Source: an uncultured virus (IMG/VR IMGVR_UViG_3300010051_000510)
Lineage: Duplodnaviria; Heunggongvirae; Uroviricota; Caudoviricetes
Strand: one strand, 5' to 3'
DNA length: 64,000 nucleotides
IMG/VR virus record: IMGVR_UViG_3300010051_000510
The notes under the pieces were generated by a model. That model was not told where the DNA came from and did not search any database. It saw only the letters and a program-made list of their open reading frames with translations. Below, in pieces: positions 55,637 to 63,736 of the stretch; the first letter of the stretch is position 1, and each line of letters starts with the position of its first letter. Position numbers and translations under genes: made by a program.

Positions 55637-56059
55637 GTGGCCAAGAAGAGACGCAAACCACAGCGCCCGGACCTCAAGATCCGACGCACCGAAGACGGTG
55701 ATGTCGCCACCCGCGCCGACGGCCTTGTCGTCTGCGATTTCTGCCTGGCCGATGACCCGCAGTGGGAGTACGAGGCCAAGGACATGGCGATCACCGCGCA
55801 CCCGCAGATCGACATGTCCCAGGGCGCCTGGGCGGCCTGCGAGGATTGCGTCGCCCTGATTGAAGCCAACGACGTCGACGGGCTCCTGGACCGTTGCGTG
55901 CGCGAGCAGCGCCTGAACATGCCTGAAGGCACCCCTAACGCGGACGGCACCGGGATCGTTCATTGGCCGTCCCCGCTGGATCACCGCGATCTGCTGCGGC
56001 CGAACCTGGTGCGGTTCTTCTTCTCCAAGCGCGGCGGGCCGGTCCCCATCCAACCCTGA
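55637..56059 (+). CDS. Zn-binding hypothetical protein
   Basis: VCDFC...WAACEDC. Confidence 0.7.
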   Translation: MAKKRRKPQRPDLKIRRTEDGDVATRADGLVVCDFCLADDPQWEYEAKDMAITAHPQIDMSQGAWAACEDCVALIEANDVDGLLDRCVREQRLNMPEGTPNADGTGIVHWPSPLDHRDLLRPNLVRFFFSKRGGPVPIQP

Positions 56060-56120
56060 CCGCCGGGCCGGACGCCGGTAGGATCGCCGCCATGAGCCAG
56101 CCTGCCAACGCCCACCGCCG

Positions 56121-56411
56121 ATGAGCCGAGACGACCTGTGGCTGCGCAGCAAACGGCCGGGGGAGAAATGGCCGCGGTTCTCCGCGGAGGTTCCCCCGGA
56201 GCTGGCGGAGATGCTCGACGCCGCCCAACGCAAGAGTCTCGGCGTGAACGCCAGCAGCACCAACGCGAACCGGGCGAATCTCGTCCGCGCCGGCCTGCGC
56301 CTGTACCTCAACCACGTCGACCCTGAGCCCCAGCCGCCCACCTACGACGTTGACGGGACCGCGGAGGAGATCATCGACCTGCCGCTGCTCGACCAGGCCC
56401 GCCGCTCCTGA
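56121..56411 (+). CDS. ribbon-helix-helix-like DNA-binding protein
   Basis: FSAEVPPELAEMLD...NRANLVRAGLRLYL; coupled to mini-ORF 56092-56124. Confidence 0.65.
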   Translation: MSRDDLWLRSKRPGEKWPRFSAEVPPELAEMLDAAQRKSLGVNASSTNANRANLVRAGLRLYLNHVDPEPQPPTYDVDGTAEEIIDLPLLDQARRS

Positions 56412-56457
56412 CCGACCCGTGAAGTGCGCGGCGCTGACTCGCGGATAGTGTGCGTTC

Positions 56458-56778
56458 ATGAGCAGCCCAGACCTGATGACGGCGCTGATGGTGAGCTTCG
56501 TCCGCTCCGACGACCCTGACGTGCCGACCCTGCGCCTCACGGACGCCGGCTGGATCACCCCGCGTAACGGCCTGCCGGTCAGCCTGCCGCAGGCCTGGCG
56601 GATCGCCGAGCACATCACCCAAGGCGCCGGCGAGGACATCCTCGCCCAGACCGACCAGCTGTGCGCCGCCCTGAAGGGCAGCGACGACCCCGCCGACCAG
56701 AACACCCTCCAGAACCTGCTGGCCGGCATCGAAGCCATCAAGGCTGAGCAGGCCGCCAAGCCGCGCGCGGGTCGATGA
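56458..56778 (+). CDS. hypothetical protein
   Basis: CGGATAGTGTG promoter. Confidence 0.7.
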   Translation: MSSPDLMTALMVSFVRSDDPDVPTLRLTDAGWITPRNGLPVSLPQAWRIAEHITQGAGEDILAQTDQLCAALKGSDDPADQNTLQNLLAGIEAIKAEQAAKPRAGR

Positions 56779-57269
56779 TCCGCGACCGCGGGGACCTGAA
56801 GGTGGCGTGCCTGACCGCCGGCAACTGGGATGTCGTCGGCACCCACCTGTGCATCGCCCAGGACGAGGCCGGCTGGGCGGCCGTCGCTCTCAGCGACGGC
56901 GACACCGCCCGCTGGCTTCGCAAGAGTGGCCTGTTCGATGTCGAGTTCCCGACCATGAAAGCCTGCCTGCGAGCGCTTCAAGGCGCCGACGCGCTCAAGC
57001 CCGCCCCGCGCTCCCCCTTCCGGCTGCAGCTTCGCCGCAGCCCGCAGGGCGGGTACGTCAGCAGCTGCGGGCACTGGACGGTCCGCCGCGACCCCCGCGA
57101 CCCGCTCGACTGGGTCGCCAGCTACCAGGACCGAGAGATCATGTCGGCGCGGACCCTGGCCTCCATCGCCACCAACTGCGCGGTCTGGCAGCGACGAAGC
57201 GCCCCCACCGGCGGTCACCGGCCCATCCCCGACGTGACGGCGCACCTGCCGCTGCGGCTCCCGATCTAG
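56775..57269 (+). CDS. WL-GL-F-TRR paralog family protein
   Basis: WLRKSGLFDVEFPTMKACLRALQGA; RTLASIA. Confidence 0.75.
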   Translation: MIRDRGDLKVACLTAGNWDVVGTHLCIAQDEAGWAAVALSDGDTARWLRKSGLFDVEFPTMKACLRALQGADALKPAPRSPFRLQLRRSPQGGYVSSCGHWTVRRDPRDPLDWVASYQDREIMSARTLASIATNCAVWQRRSAPTGGHRPIPDVTAHLPLRLPI

Positions 57270-57282
57270 CCCCCGTGCGGTC

Positions 57283-57729
57283 ATGACCGACGCCACAGCT
57301 CGCGGCAGGGTCCCGCTGCGCCGGATGTGGTCGGGCTGGCAGCTCGGCGACTGGCGCATCTACATGATCAGCAACCGCGGTGCATGGATGCTGATCACCA
57401 CCGATCAGACGTCGCAGATGTGGCTGACCGAGCAGCGGCTGGGCATCGCCAGCTTCCCCAGCCGCGAAGCCGCCCGGCGCGCGTTCGAGGCGGCCGCCGC
57501 CATCAACCCGCCGAACGACCTCCCGCGGTGCAGGCCGGTGCGCCTGCGCCGCGTCAGAGATGATCTGTGGCGCTACGAGGACTGGGGCGTGCTGGCCTGC
57601 GGCGGCTCCTATCGGATCATCGTCCCGGACGGGCGCTATGTGCGGTGGGGCAGCCTGGACCAGCCGACCCTCCGATCATCCGCCTCTGTCATCGCGTGGA
57701 ACCTGCCACGGCGGGAGGCGTCATCGTGA
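57283..57729 (+). CDS. WL-GL-F-TRR paralog family protein
   Basis: WLTEQRLGIASFPSREAARRAFEAAAAINPP. Confidence 0.75.
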   Translation: MTDATARGRVPLRRMWSGWQLGDWRIYMISNRGAWMLITTDQTSQMWLTEQRLGIASFPSREAARRAFEAAAAINPPNDLPRCRPVRLRRVRDDLWRYEDWGVLACGGSYRIIVPDGRYVRWGSLDQPTLRSSASVIAWNLPRREASS

Positions 57730-58166
57730 GCTTGCGACTGACCCAGATCATCAGCGGCTACTGGACGGTCGAAGGCGCCGACCTGGAACTGTGGCGCGCC
57801 ACGCGCGGGTGGCGGGTCGCATCCACCGAGCAGCCCACCCGTCTGTGGCTGGAGGAACACGACCTCACCGAAGCGCGATTCCCCCGCCGCAAGGATCTGC
57901 TGCGGACGTTGGAGGCGCTGCTGGACCTGGGCGCTCCGCCGCTGACCGGCGCGCAGCCGGTCAAGCTGCTGCGGGTCGGCCGCAGGGCGTACGCCACCTG
58001 CGACCGGCGGTTCCATGTCGAACGCGTGGACCCGCCGATCAGCGGATGCAAATGGCGGGTCGTGGATCCCTCGGGAGGATCGGAGATCACCCGGACCTTA
58101 CGCTCGGCTGCGCGCCTGATCGGAGCGTCCCACGCCGAAAGCTCCGCGACCCTGACCGGAGGATAA
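57726..58166 (+). CDS. WL-GL-F-TRR paralog family protein
   Basis: WLEEHDLTEARFPRRKDLLRTLEALL; RTLRSAARLI. Confidence 0.75.
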   Translation: MSLRLTQIISGYWTVEGADLELWRATRGWRVASTEQPTRLWLEEHDLTEARFPRRKDLLRTLEALLDLGAPPLTGAQPVKLLRVGRRAYATCDRRFHVERVDPPISGCKWRVVDPSGGSEITRTLRSAARLIGASHAESSATLTGG

Positions 58167-58175
58167 GATGACGTC

Positions 58176-58433
58176 ATGAGGTTCATGCACATCCTCGGGA
58201 CCTTCCGAGGGAAGCGGCCTGTGACGCCCGCCGCCCGTACCTTCCACGCCTACATCACCTTCCCCAAGCCGTCCGGTGATCAACCGCAGCGACCCGCGTT
58301 TTGGGAGACGACGGCCGCGACCGGCCGGGTCGCCGCCCGCGAGCAGCTGGCGGCCAAGTACCCGGACGCGAACCTGATCGGCGTGCTGTTCGACACCGAG
58401 TTCGACGGCACCACCGCCCGCCGCGGCCGATAG
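58176..58433 (+). CDS. hypothetical protein
   Basis: GGATAAGATG promoter. Confidence 0.65.
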   Translation: MRFMHILGTFRGKRPVTPAARTFHAYITFPKPSGDQPQRPAFWETTAATGRVAAREQLAAKYPDANLIGVLFDTEFDGTTARRGR

Positions 58434-58442
58434 CGCGAACAC

Positions 58443-58781
58443 ATGCGAACCCTGACCGGCGAGAACGCCTGGTGCTATGAGGAGAACGGCAGCCTGCGCG
58501 TCTGCGCCGATCACGCCCTGTGGCTGACGGTGGACCGCGAGCAGTGCTGCGATCTGATCGCCGCGTTCTGGCTGGCCGCAGCTCACCCCAACGCCGAAAC
58601 CGCCAGCGCTCGCACCGTCCAGCTCGACGAGGCCGACGTGACCGTCGGCAACGGCGCGATCATCATCACCACCACCGCCGCACGTCAGACACGCAGCGGG
58701 CAGCGGGTCGCCTACCCGCAGTCACCTGAAAGCATGGCGGGCTGGGTCGCCGCCGCCCACCGGGCCATCGCCGCGCGCTGA
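58443..58781 (+). CDS. hypothetical protein
   Basis: GATAGCGC variant motif 6 nt before ATG. Confidence 0.6.
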   Translation: MRTLTGENAWCYEENGSLRVCADHALWLTVDREQCCDLIAAFWLAAAHPNAETASARTVQLDEADVTVGNGAIIITTTAARQTRSGQRVAYPQSPESMAGWVAAAHRAIAAR

Positions 58782-58825
58782 CGCGCCGGGCCGGAAACTG
58801 CCACCGCCCCTGATAGGTTGCTGTC

Positions 58826-58984
58826 ATGCACCTGAACCGGCCGTTGACCGCCCAAGAACGCGCCCTCGTGCAGACCGTCGGGCTGGCGCTCGCCCTGGGC
58901 GACAAGGAAGCCGCGATGGCCGCCATCAAGGATCATCGGGTCCGCGGCAGCCTATGCCCGCAACCGACGACGGCTTCTACGTAA
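58826..58984 (+). CDS. small protein (52 aa) missed by the ORF track
   Basis: GATAGGTT 6 nt before ATG; MHLNRPLTAQERALVQTVGLALALGDKEAA... Confidence 0.6.
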   Translation: MHLNRPLTAQERALVQTVGLALALGDKEAAMAAIKDHRVRGSLCPQPTTAST

Positions 58985-59241
58985 GCCTCTACACCAGCCA
59001 AGGCTTCACCCGCTGGCGGACGCTGCCCAACCGCATCGAGATCTGGCGGATGCGCTACCGCGACGGCCGCGGCGCGTGGAGAGCGCTGCGTGACGGCCAG
59101 GACGTCGGCTCCTACTCCGAGCCGGCCCCCGGAGGCACCGCGACCGGGCACGTCGACCATGACTTCTCGCTCGTGCAAGGCCGCGACGCGCCGGTGGGCA
59201 ACTACACCGACTGGGAGACCCTCCTGCGCAAGCTGCCATGA
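58954..59241 (+). CDS. hypothetical protein
   Basis: GC3-rich frame. Confidence 0.55.
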   Translation: MPATDDGFYVSLYTSQGFTRWRTLPNRIEIWRMRYRDGRGAWRALRDGQDVGSYSEPAPGGTATGHVDHDFSLVQGRDAPVGNYTDWETLLRKLP

Positions 59242-59304
59242 CCTCGACCACCCGGGCCGCCGCGGGCGATCATGCTCCCGCTGTGCCGGAGCGTACGTTC
59301 AAGC

Positions 59305-60201
59305 ATGACCGACAGCCCTGACCGCGAGCCGACCGCGAAGCTGCTGGGTGCCCGCGCCGACCTGATCATCCCCGCGGTCGCCCAGGCCGGCGCGCTACCG
59401 GCAAGCGACGCGCTCGCTCTGCGCCACTGGTTTGACCGCGAACGCCGCGCCGCCGGCACCCCGACCGCTGACAGCCTGCGGCTACGCGGCAAAGCCGCCC
59501 GGATCGTCGGCGAGCTGCGCGAGAGGACGAATCTCCAGGCGGCGGTGCTGTACGGATCCGCGGCCGCCGGCAGCGCCACCGCGCATTCCGACATCGACCT
59601 GCTGCTGATCTTCGCCTCCCCGAAACCCAGCTGGCGGGAACTGATCGTCCTGGTTCCCGCGCTCACCGACGCTGACGTCGAAGCGCGCTTCTACACCTTC
59701 GATCGCATTCGGGACGGCAAACCGTCCCAGTGGGCGTACCTGCAGCACGTCCGCCGCAACCATCTCGTGCTCGCCGGCCATCCCGACCTCGCCGCCGTGC
59801 TGGACCCGCCCGCGCCGACCGGCGCGCAGCTGGCCGCGGATCTGCGAGCCTGGGCGGACCGCTACGCCGGCGCGATCCTCTCAGACCCCGACTACTGGAA
59901 GGACAGCCGCGACCGCGGCGTTCGAGCGGACCTGTTCGTCGTCGCGCGCAGCGCGATGATGCTCGCCAACGCGCACCGTGGGATCTTCGACCCGGCCCGG
60001 GCCCGCGCGTTCGCGCTCTTCGCCGGCCGCCACCCCGACCTGAGCGCGGACGTCGACACCATCCGCGCGACCGAAAGCGACTGGCGTACCGGCCGCCGCC
60101 TCGGAGACCGGCCCACCAGCGACCTGACCGTCAGCGACGTCATCGCGGCCGCCAGCCGGATCCTGAACGTCGCCTGCGCGGAGATCGAAGACACGACGTG
60201 A
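59305..60201 (+). CDS. minimal nucleotidyltransferase (Pol-beta fold) with helical, possibly HEPN-like, C-terminal domain
   Basis: LYGSAAAGSATAHSDIDLLLI; TACGTT 5 nt before ATG. Confidence 0.8.
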   Translation: MTDSPDREPTAKLLGARADLIIPAVAQAGALPASDALALRHWFDRERRAAGTPTADSLRLRGKAARIVGELRERTNLQAAVLYGSAAAGSATAHSDIDLLLIFASPKPSWRELIVLVPALTDADVEARFYTFDRIRDGKPSQWAYLQHVRRNHLVLAGHPDLAAVLDPPAPTGAQLAADLRAWADRYAGAILSDPDYWKDSRDRGVRADLFVVARSAMMLANAHRGIFDPARARAFALFAGRHPDLSADVDTIRATESDWRTGRRLGDRPTSDLTVSDVIAAASRILNVACAEIEDTT

Positions 60202-60395
60202 CCTCCGGCGCGTTCGTGCTGTTCGCGTTCGCCTGCGAGCTGGTTGTCGGCGGCGTCGGCGGCCTCATCGCCGCCGCGGTCGGCCCAGACCGAGCAGGGC
60301 AGCCGCCGCGGTTGCGATGGGCGTTTCCCGCCGGCGTCTGCGGCGCGATGGCCGGCGCGGCGATCGCGCTGACCGTCAACGAGCTGCTCTTATGA
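60198..60395 (+). CDS. small two-TM protein
   Basis: GTGA overlap; hydrophobic. Confidence 0.55.
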   Translation: MTSGAFVLFAFACELVVGGVGGLIAAAVGPDRAGQPPRLRWAFPAGVCGAMAGAAIALTVNELLL

Positions 60396-60429
60396 GCGCC
60401 CGCGCCGCCGGCGCGGATAAGGTGCGGTC

Positions 60430-60588
60430 ATGAAGCTCGACTACGGCCCGGAGCATCACGGCCGGACCACGACGATGCCTCGGGAGCTGCTGAAAGCCGA
60501 CGTGATCTACATCACGACGGAGCGGTTCGGCCATGAGCTGACCGTCTTCCTCTCCGACCGGCCGTCGCCGACCGGCGACAAGGAGTAG
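60430..60588 (+). CDS. small protein (52 aa) missed by the ORF track
   Basis: CGGATAAGGTG 6 nt before ATG; MKLDYGPEHHGRTTTMPRELLKADVIYITTERFG... Confidence 0.7.
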   Translation: MKLDYGPEHHGRTTTMPRELLKADVIYITTERFGHELTVFLSDRPSPTGDKE

Positions 60589-60720
60589 CCCCGGCGGTGC
60601 AGTCCCTCGCAGCGCTGATCCACTCCCGGCTGTTTCAGATCCTCGGCCGGCTGCTGATGCTCGCCGGCTTGATCGCCGCCGCGATCATCGTGCTTTGAGC
60701 GCCCCGCGGTACGTTCAGCT

Positions 60721-60936
60721 ATGGCCGTCACCCTCGAATGCGACATCTGCGAGCATGAGCAGCTGGTCGCGTTGATCCCCAACGGCCTGGCCGGTCACGG
60801 AGACCCGCACGCGATCTGCGAAAACTGCGGGACGACCGGATCCTTCCACAGCTTCCCCGGATCCGCCCGGCGAACCCGCGCGCTCGTCGCCGATCTGGCC
60901 TCCCGCGTCCAGCCGCTTGGGGAGCTGCGGCTATGA
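60721..60936 (+). CDS. Zn-ribbon protein
   Basis: CDIC...CENCG. Confidence 0.7.
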   Translation: MAVTLECDICEHEQLVALIPNGLAGHGDPHAICENCGTTGSFHSFPGSARRTRALVADLASRVQPLGELRL

Positions 60937-61241
60937 CCGCTCTGATCGAAGGCGCGCTCGCCGACAACGTCACCGACGTCCTGCTGGAGAACACCGGGGT
61001 CGCGCCCGCCACCCGCCAGCAGCTGACCGAGCTGCTGGAAAGCGATCCGGCTCTGGTTGAGTTGATCGTCGAGTGGGGCGCCAACGACACCGAAGTGCGC
61101 GGGAAGCTCGCCGACCTCGTCGTCCGCGACCTGGGTGTGCGGGACCGCTGGCCGTCGTTCGCCGACAACGCCGACCTCGACGTGTTGTGCGCGCAGGTTG
61201 ACGCCGCCGCCCGCCTGCGCGGCTGGGCTGTCCGTTCCTGA
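60933..61241 (+). CDS. hypothetical protein
   Basis: ATGA overlap; EWGANDTEVR. Confidence 0.7.
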   Translation: MTALIEGALADNVTDVLLENTGVAPATRQQLTELLESDPALVELIVEWGANDTEVRGKLADLVVRDLGVRDRWPSFADNADLDVLCAQVDAAARLRGWAVRS

Positions 61242-61382
61242 TGCGCTCAGGCGGCGACGGCCGGCCGCCCGCCCCCATCTGACCCTGACCAGCTGATCGC
61301 GGGATCCACTTCCCTGATCGCCCGACTCCGTGTTCTTGGTGTGGGGGCGCGCGGGTGATGATGGGGCAGATATGTTGATGGC

Positions 61383-62303
61383 ATGACCATGCAGTGCGCC
61401 GTGACGCGCGGCGGCGGTTCGCCGTCGGTGCGTATCGGCGATCAAACCCACGAACTTCACTTCTCCCGCGAGCTGACCGCGATGGTCGCCCGCCGGCATT
61501 TCCCCTCCGGCACCCCGTCCGCGCAAGCCGCCGAGTACCTCACCGACCGGCTCGTCAGCGGCCAGGTCGCCTACCGCGACATCCCGCCGCGCTGGGCGGC
61601 AGGCCGCCACGGCACCCATCCGGTGCTGCTGCTGGACGGCTGCCTGGCGCTGCTGCTGTCCGCGCCGCGGCCCGGGGTGCTGGTCGCCTTCCAGATCGTC
61701 CAGCGAGGCCAGCAGCACTGGCTGACGATGCGCGACCCATCCGGCCGCGTCCGCTACGTCTTCTTCTCCAACCACGCCCAGGAACGCTTCCGCTCCCGCG
61801 TCAGCCCGCACAGCCAGCCCAAGGGCGCGCTGCTGCGCCTGCGCAAGCTCACCCAGGCCGGCACGGTGCTGCCGGGCAAGCCGAGCTGGCGCCCCGACGG
61901 AGACTTCGACCCCAGCGACCCGCACGTCCTGCTGGACCCAGACACCGCCCTCGCCCTGCAGATCGTCAGCGACGGGCTGCCCGGCGTCTTCATCGCCGCG
62001 ACCCTCATCCAGCGCGACGTCGCCCGCCGCCTGGACGCCGCCCCACTGTGGCGTCGCGCCGGCATGCCCGGCCGCCACGGCACCCTCACCGTCTCCGAGC
62101 AGCTGGTCAGCGACCTGCGCGTGAAGCTGGGGGAGACCGACTACCGCCGCCATGAGGTCGCGCAGTGGATCGAGGAGCGCTGCGATCAGCGCGGGCAGCT
62201 GCGACTGGCCGGTCATGACATCCAGCTGGATCTCGGCGACGGGATCATCGCCCAGGTCCGCAACGACTCCGGTTCGCTGCGCGCGGTCGGGCTCGCCGCC
62301 TGA
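61383..62303 (+). CDS. hypothetical protein with RelE/BECR-like FSxHAxERF motif
   Basis: FFSNHAQERFRSRV; GATATGTT promoter. Confidence 0.6.
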   Translation: MTMQCAVTRGGGSPSVRIGDQTHELHFSRELTAMVARRHFPSGTPSAQAAEYLTDRLVSGQVAYRDIPPRWAAGRHGTHPVLLLDGCLALLLSAPRPGVLVAFQIVQRGQQHWLTMRDPSGRVRYVFFSNHAQERFRSRVSPHSQPKGALLRLRKLTQAGTVLPGKPSWRPDGDFDPSDPHVLLDPDTALALQIVSDGLPGVFIAATLIQRDVARRLDAAPLWRRAGMPGRHGTLTVSEQLVSDLRVKLGETDYRRHEVAQWIEERCDQRGQLRLAGHDIQLDLGDGIIAQVRNDSGSLRAVGLAA

Positions 62304-62339
62304 CCGCACCTTCGCGCTCACCCGGTTTGCCCTGCCAGA

Positions 62340-62780
62340 ATGACGGAGCAAAGACAGATCACCGGGATCACAACGGGGATTCGCGACATCACGAGCCCCG
62401 CCCGGGCGCCGTACGGTCAATCGATGAGCGACCTCACCATGATCGGCGCGCTGCGCAACCTCCCGCAGATCAACGACCCGGCCGCGCTGACCGGCCCGCA
62501 ACGATCTCAGCTGAGCGCCGCGGCCGATCTCGCGCTCGCTCAGCTGCGCGCGCAGGGGCGCCTGGCCGCGGACGCGCCCGACGATCATGTAGGGGTGGCG
62601 ATCTGCGCGCGCGGGGAGCTGGGTCTGGTCGTCTCCTACGGGCCCGTCACCTACCCGGACGGTACCGGCGCTGACGCCTACCGCGGCTGGCATCTGAAAG
62701 ACCTGGCACGCCGCTGGTCGTCGCGCCGGCCGCGCTGGCTGATCGCACCTCGTGCCGATCCCCGCCCCCAAGAGGGATAA
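62340..62780 (+). CDS. phage-type hypothetical protein
   Basis: CARGELGLV...VTYPDG...WSSRRP. Confidence 0.65.
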   Translation: MTEQRQITGITTGIRDITSPARAPYGQSMSDLTMIGALRNLPQINDPAALTGPQRSQLSAAADLALAQLRAQGRLAADAPDDHVGVAICARGELGLVVSYGPVTYPDGTGADAYRGWHLKDLARRWSSRRPRWLIAPRADPRPQEG

Positions 62781-62789
62781 GGTGAACGC

Positions 62790-63020
62790 ATGAGTATCTC
62801 CGAGCTGATCGGCCGCGCCGACGTCGCCCTGTTCGATCACATCCCCGTGGCTCCCCGCCGCAAGATCCAGAAGGTGATCGCTGTCGGCATCGCCGGCTAC
62901 GTGTTCGCCGACGAACTGATCGCGGGCATCCGCGACGCCGCCCGTGACGCCGCGGGCGAGGCCGCCGCGTACTGGGACCACGTGCAGGAGATCATCGACA
63001 CCCAGAACCGGCAGTTCTAA
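62790..63020 (+). CDS. hypothetical protein
   Basis: GGATAAGGTG promoter. Confidence 0.7.
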   Translation: MSISELIGRADVALFDHIPVAPRRKIQKVIAVGIAGYVFADELIAGIRDAARDAAGEAAAYWDHVQEIIDTQNRQF

Positions 63021-63095
63021 CGGCCGACGCGACACCAACGCGGTCGACGACGACCGTCCCTCCTCGCCGCCCGCCCAGGTAGTTTGCCTGAGACC

Positions 63096-63389
63096 ATGGC
63101 CAATCAACACACGCGCCCGCGCCCGTTCGAGCTGCGAAACGTCACCGAGACGCGCGCCTACGCGGGGATCGAGACCGCGGAGCGCATCCGCGACAGCTGG
63201 CGCGCAGTCGAACAGCTCCTCGACGCGCTGGAGCACTACGCCGGCGTGGAGCGCCCCAGCGACCAGGCCGCCGACGAAGCGGCCGCCGCGTTGCGCGCCC
63301 TGCCGGAGGCGATCGACACCTTCGAGCGGACCGTCCACACCAAGCTTCCGGTGCTGCGCAACCGCATCGCCAAGATCACCGTCAGCTGA
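63096..63389 (+). CDS. helical hypothetical protein
   Basis: GC3-rich frame; ATG 63096. Confidence 0.6.
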   Translation: MANQHTRPRPFELRNVTETRAYAGIETAERIRDSWRAVEQLLDALEHYAGVERPSDQAADEAAAALRALPEAIDTFERTVHTKLPVLRNRIAKITVS

Positions 63390-63407
63390 CCGGCGGTAGG
63401 TTCGAGC

Positions 63408-63704
63408 ATGACCGCCACCGCCACCGCCCGCCCGGACCTGCGCCCCGCCGAGGATCTCGTTCAGCCCGGCGCCGTGTACGCGATCAAGATCTACGACGCC
63501 CGGCCGGAGCTGTTCAAGCAGGAGCCGCAGGTGGTGTCGATCGCGCCGGCCGGGCTGGGATGGAACGTCCGCTCCAACAGCGCCTTCGGCGCCGCCGATC
63601 ACTGGCGGCCGACCCTTACCCTGGCCAAGAGCAAAGCCGGTCGGATCGTCGGCCGGGAACTGACCGCGCACACCGCGTTCAACGCTGTCCAGCGCCTCAT
63701 CTGA
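63408..63704 (+). CDS. hypothetical protein
   Basis: TAGGTT 5 nt before ATG. Confidence 0.65.
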   Translation: MTATATARPDLRPAEDLVQPGAVYAIKIYDARPELFKQEPQVVSIAPAGLGWNVRSNSAFGAADHWRPTLTLAKSKAGRIVGRELTAHTAFNAVQRLI

Positions 63705-63736
63705 ACCGGGGTAGGACTCACGGATAACGTGCTGGC

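Noticed and set aside
60795..63671. 958-aa - strand ORF
   Set aside because: Antisense shadow of several promoter-bearing + strand genes; no motifs; typical high-GC artefact.
915..63736. Recurring GGATAANGTG motif as CRISPR repeat or integron attC
   Set aside because: Too short and degenerate, not palindromic, irregularly spaced, fixed 6 nt from start codons, and no cas or integrase gene; it behaves as a promoter.
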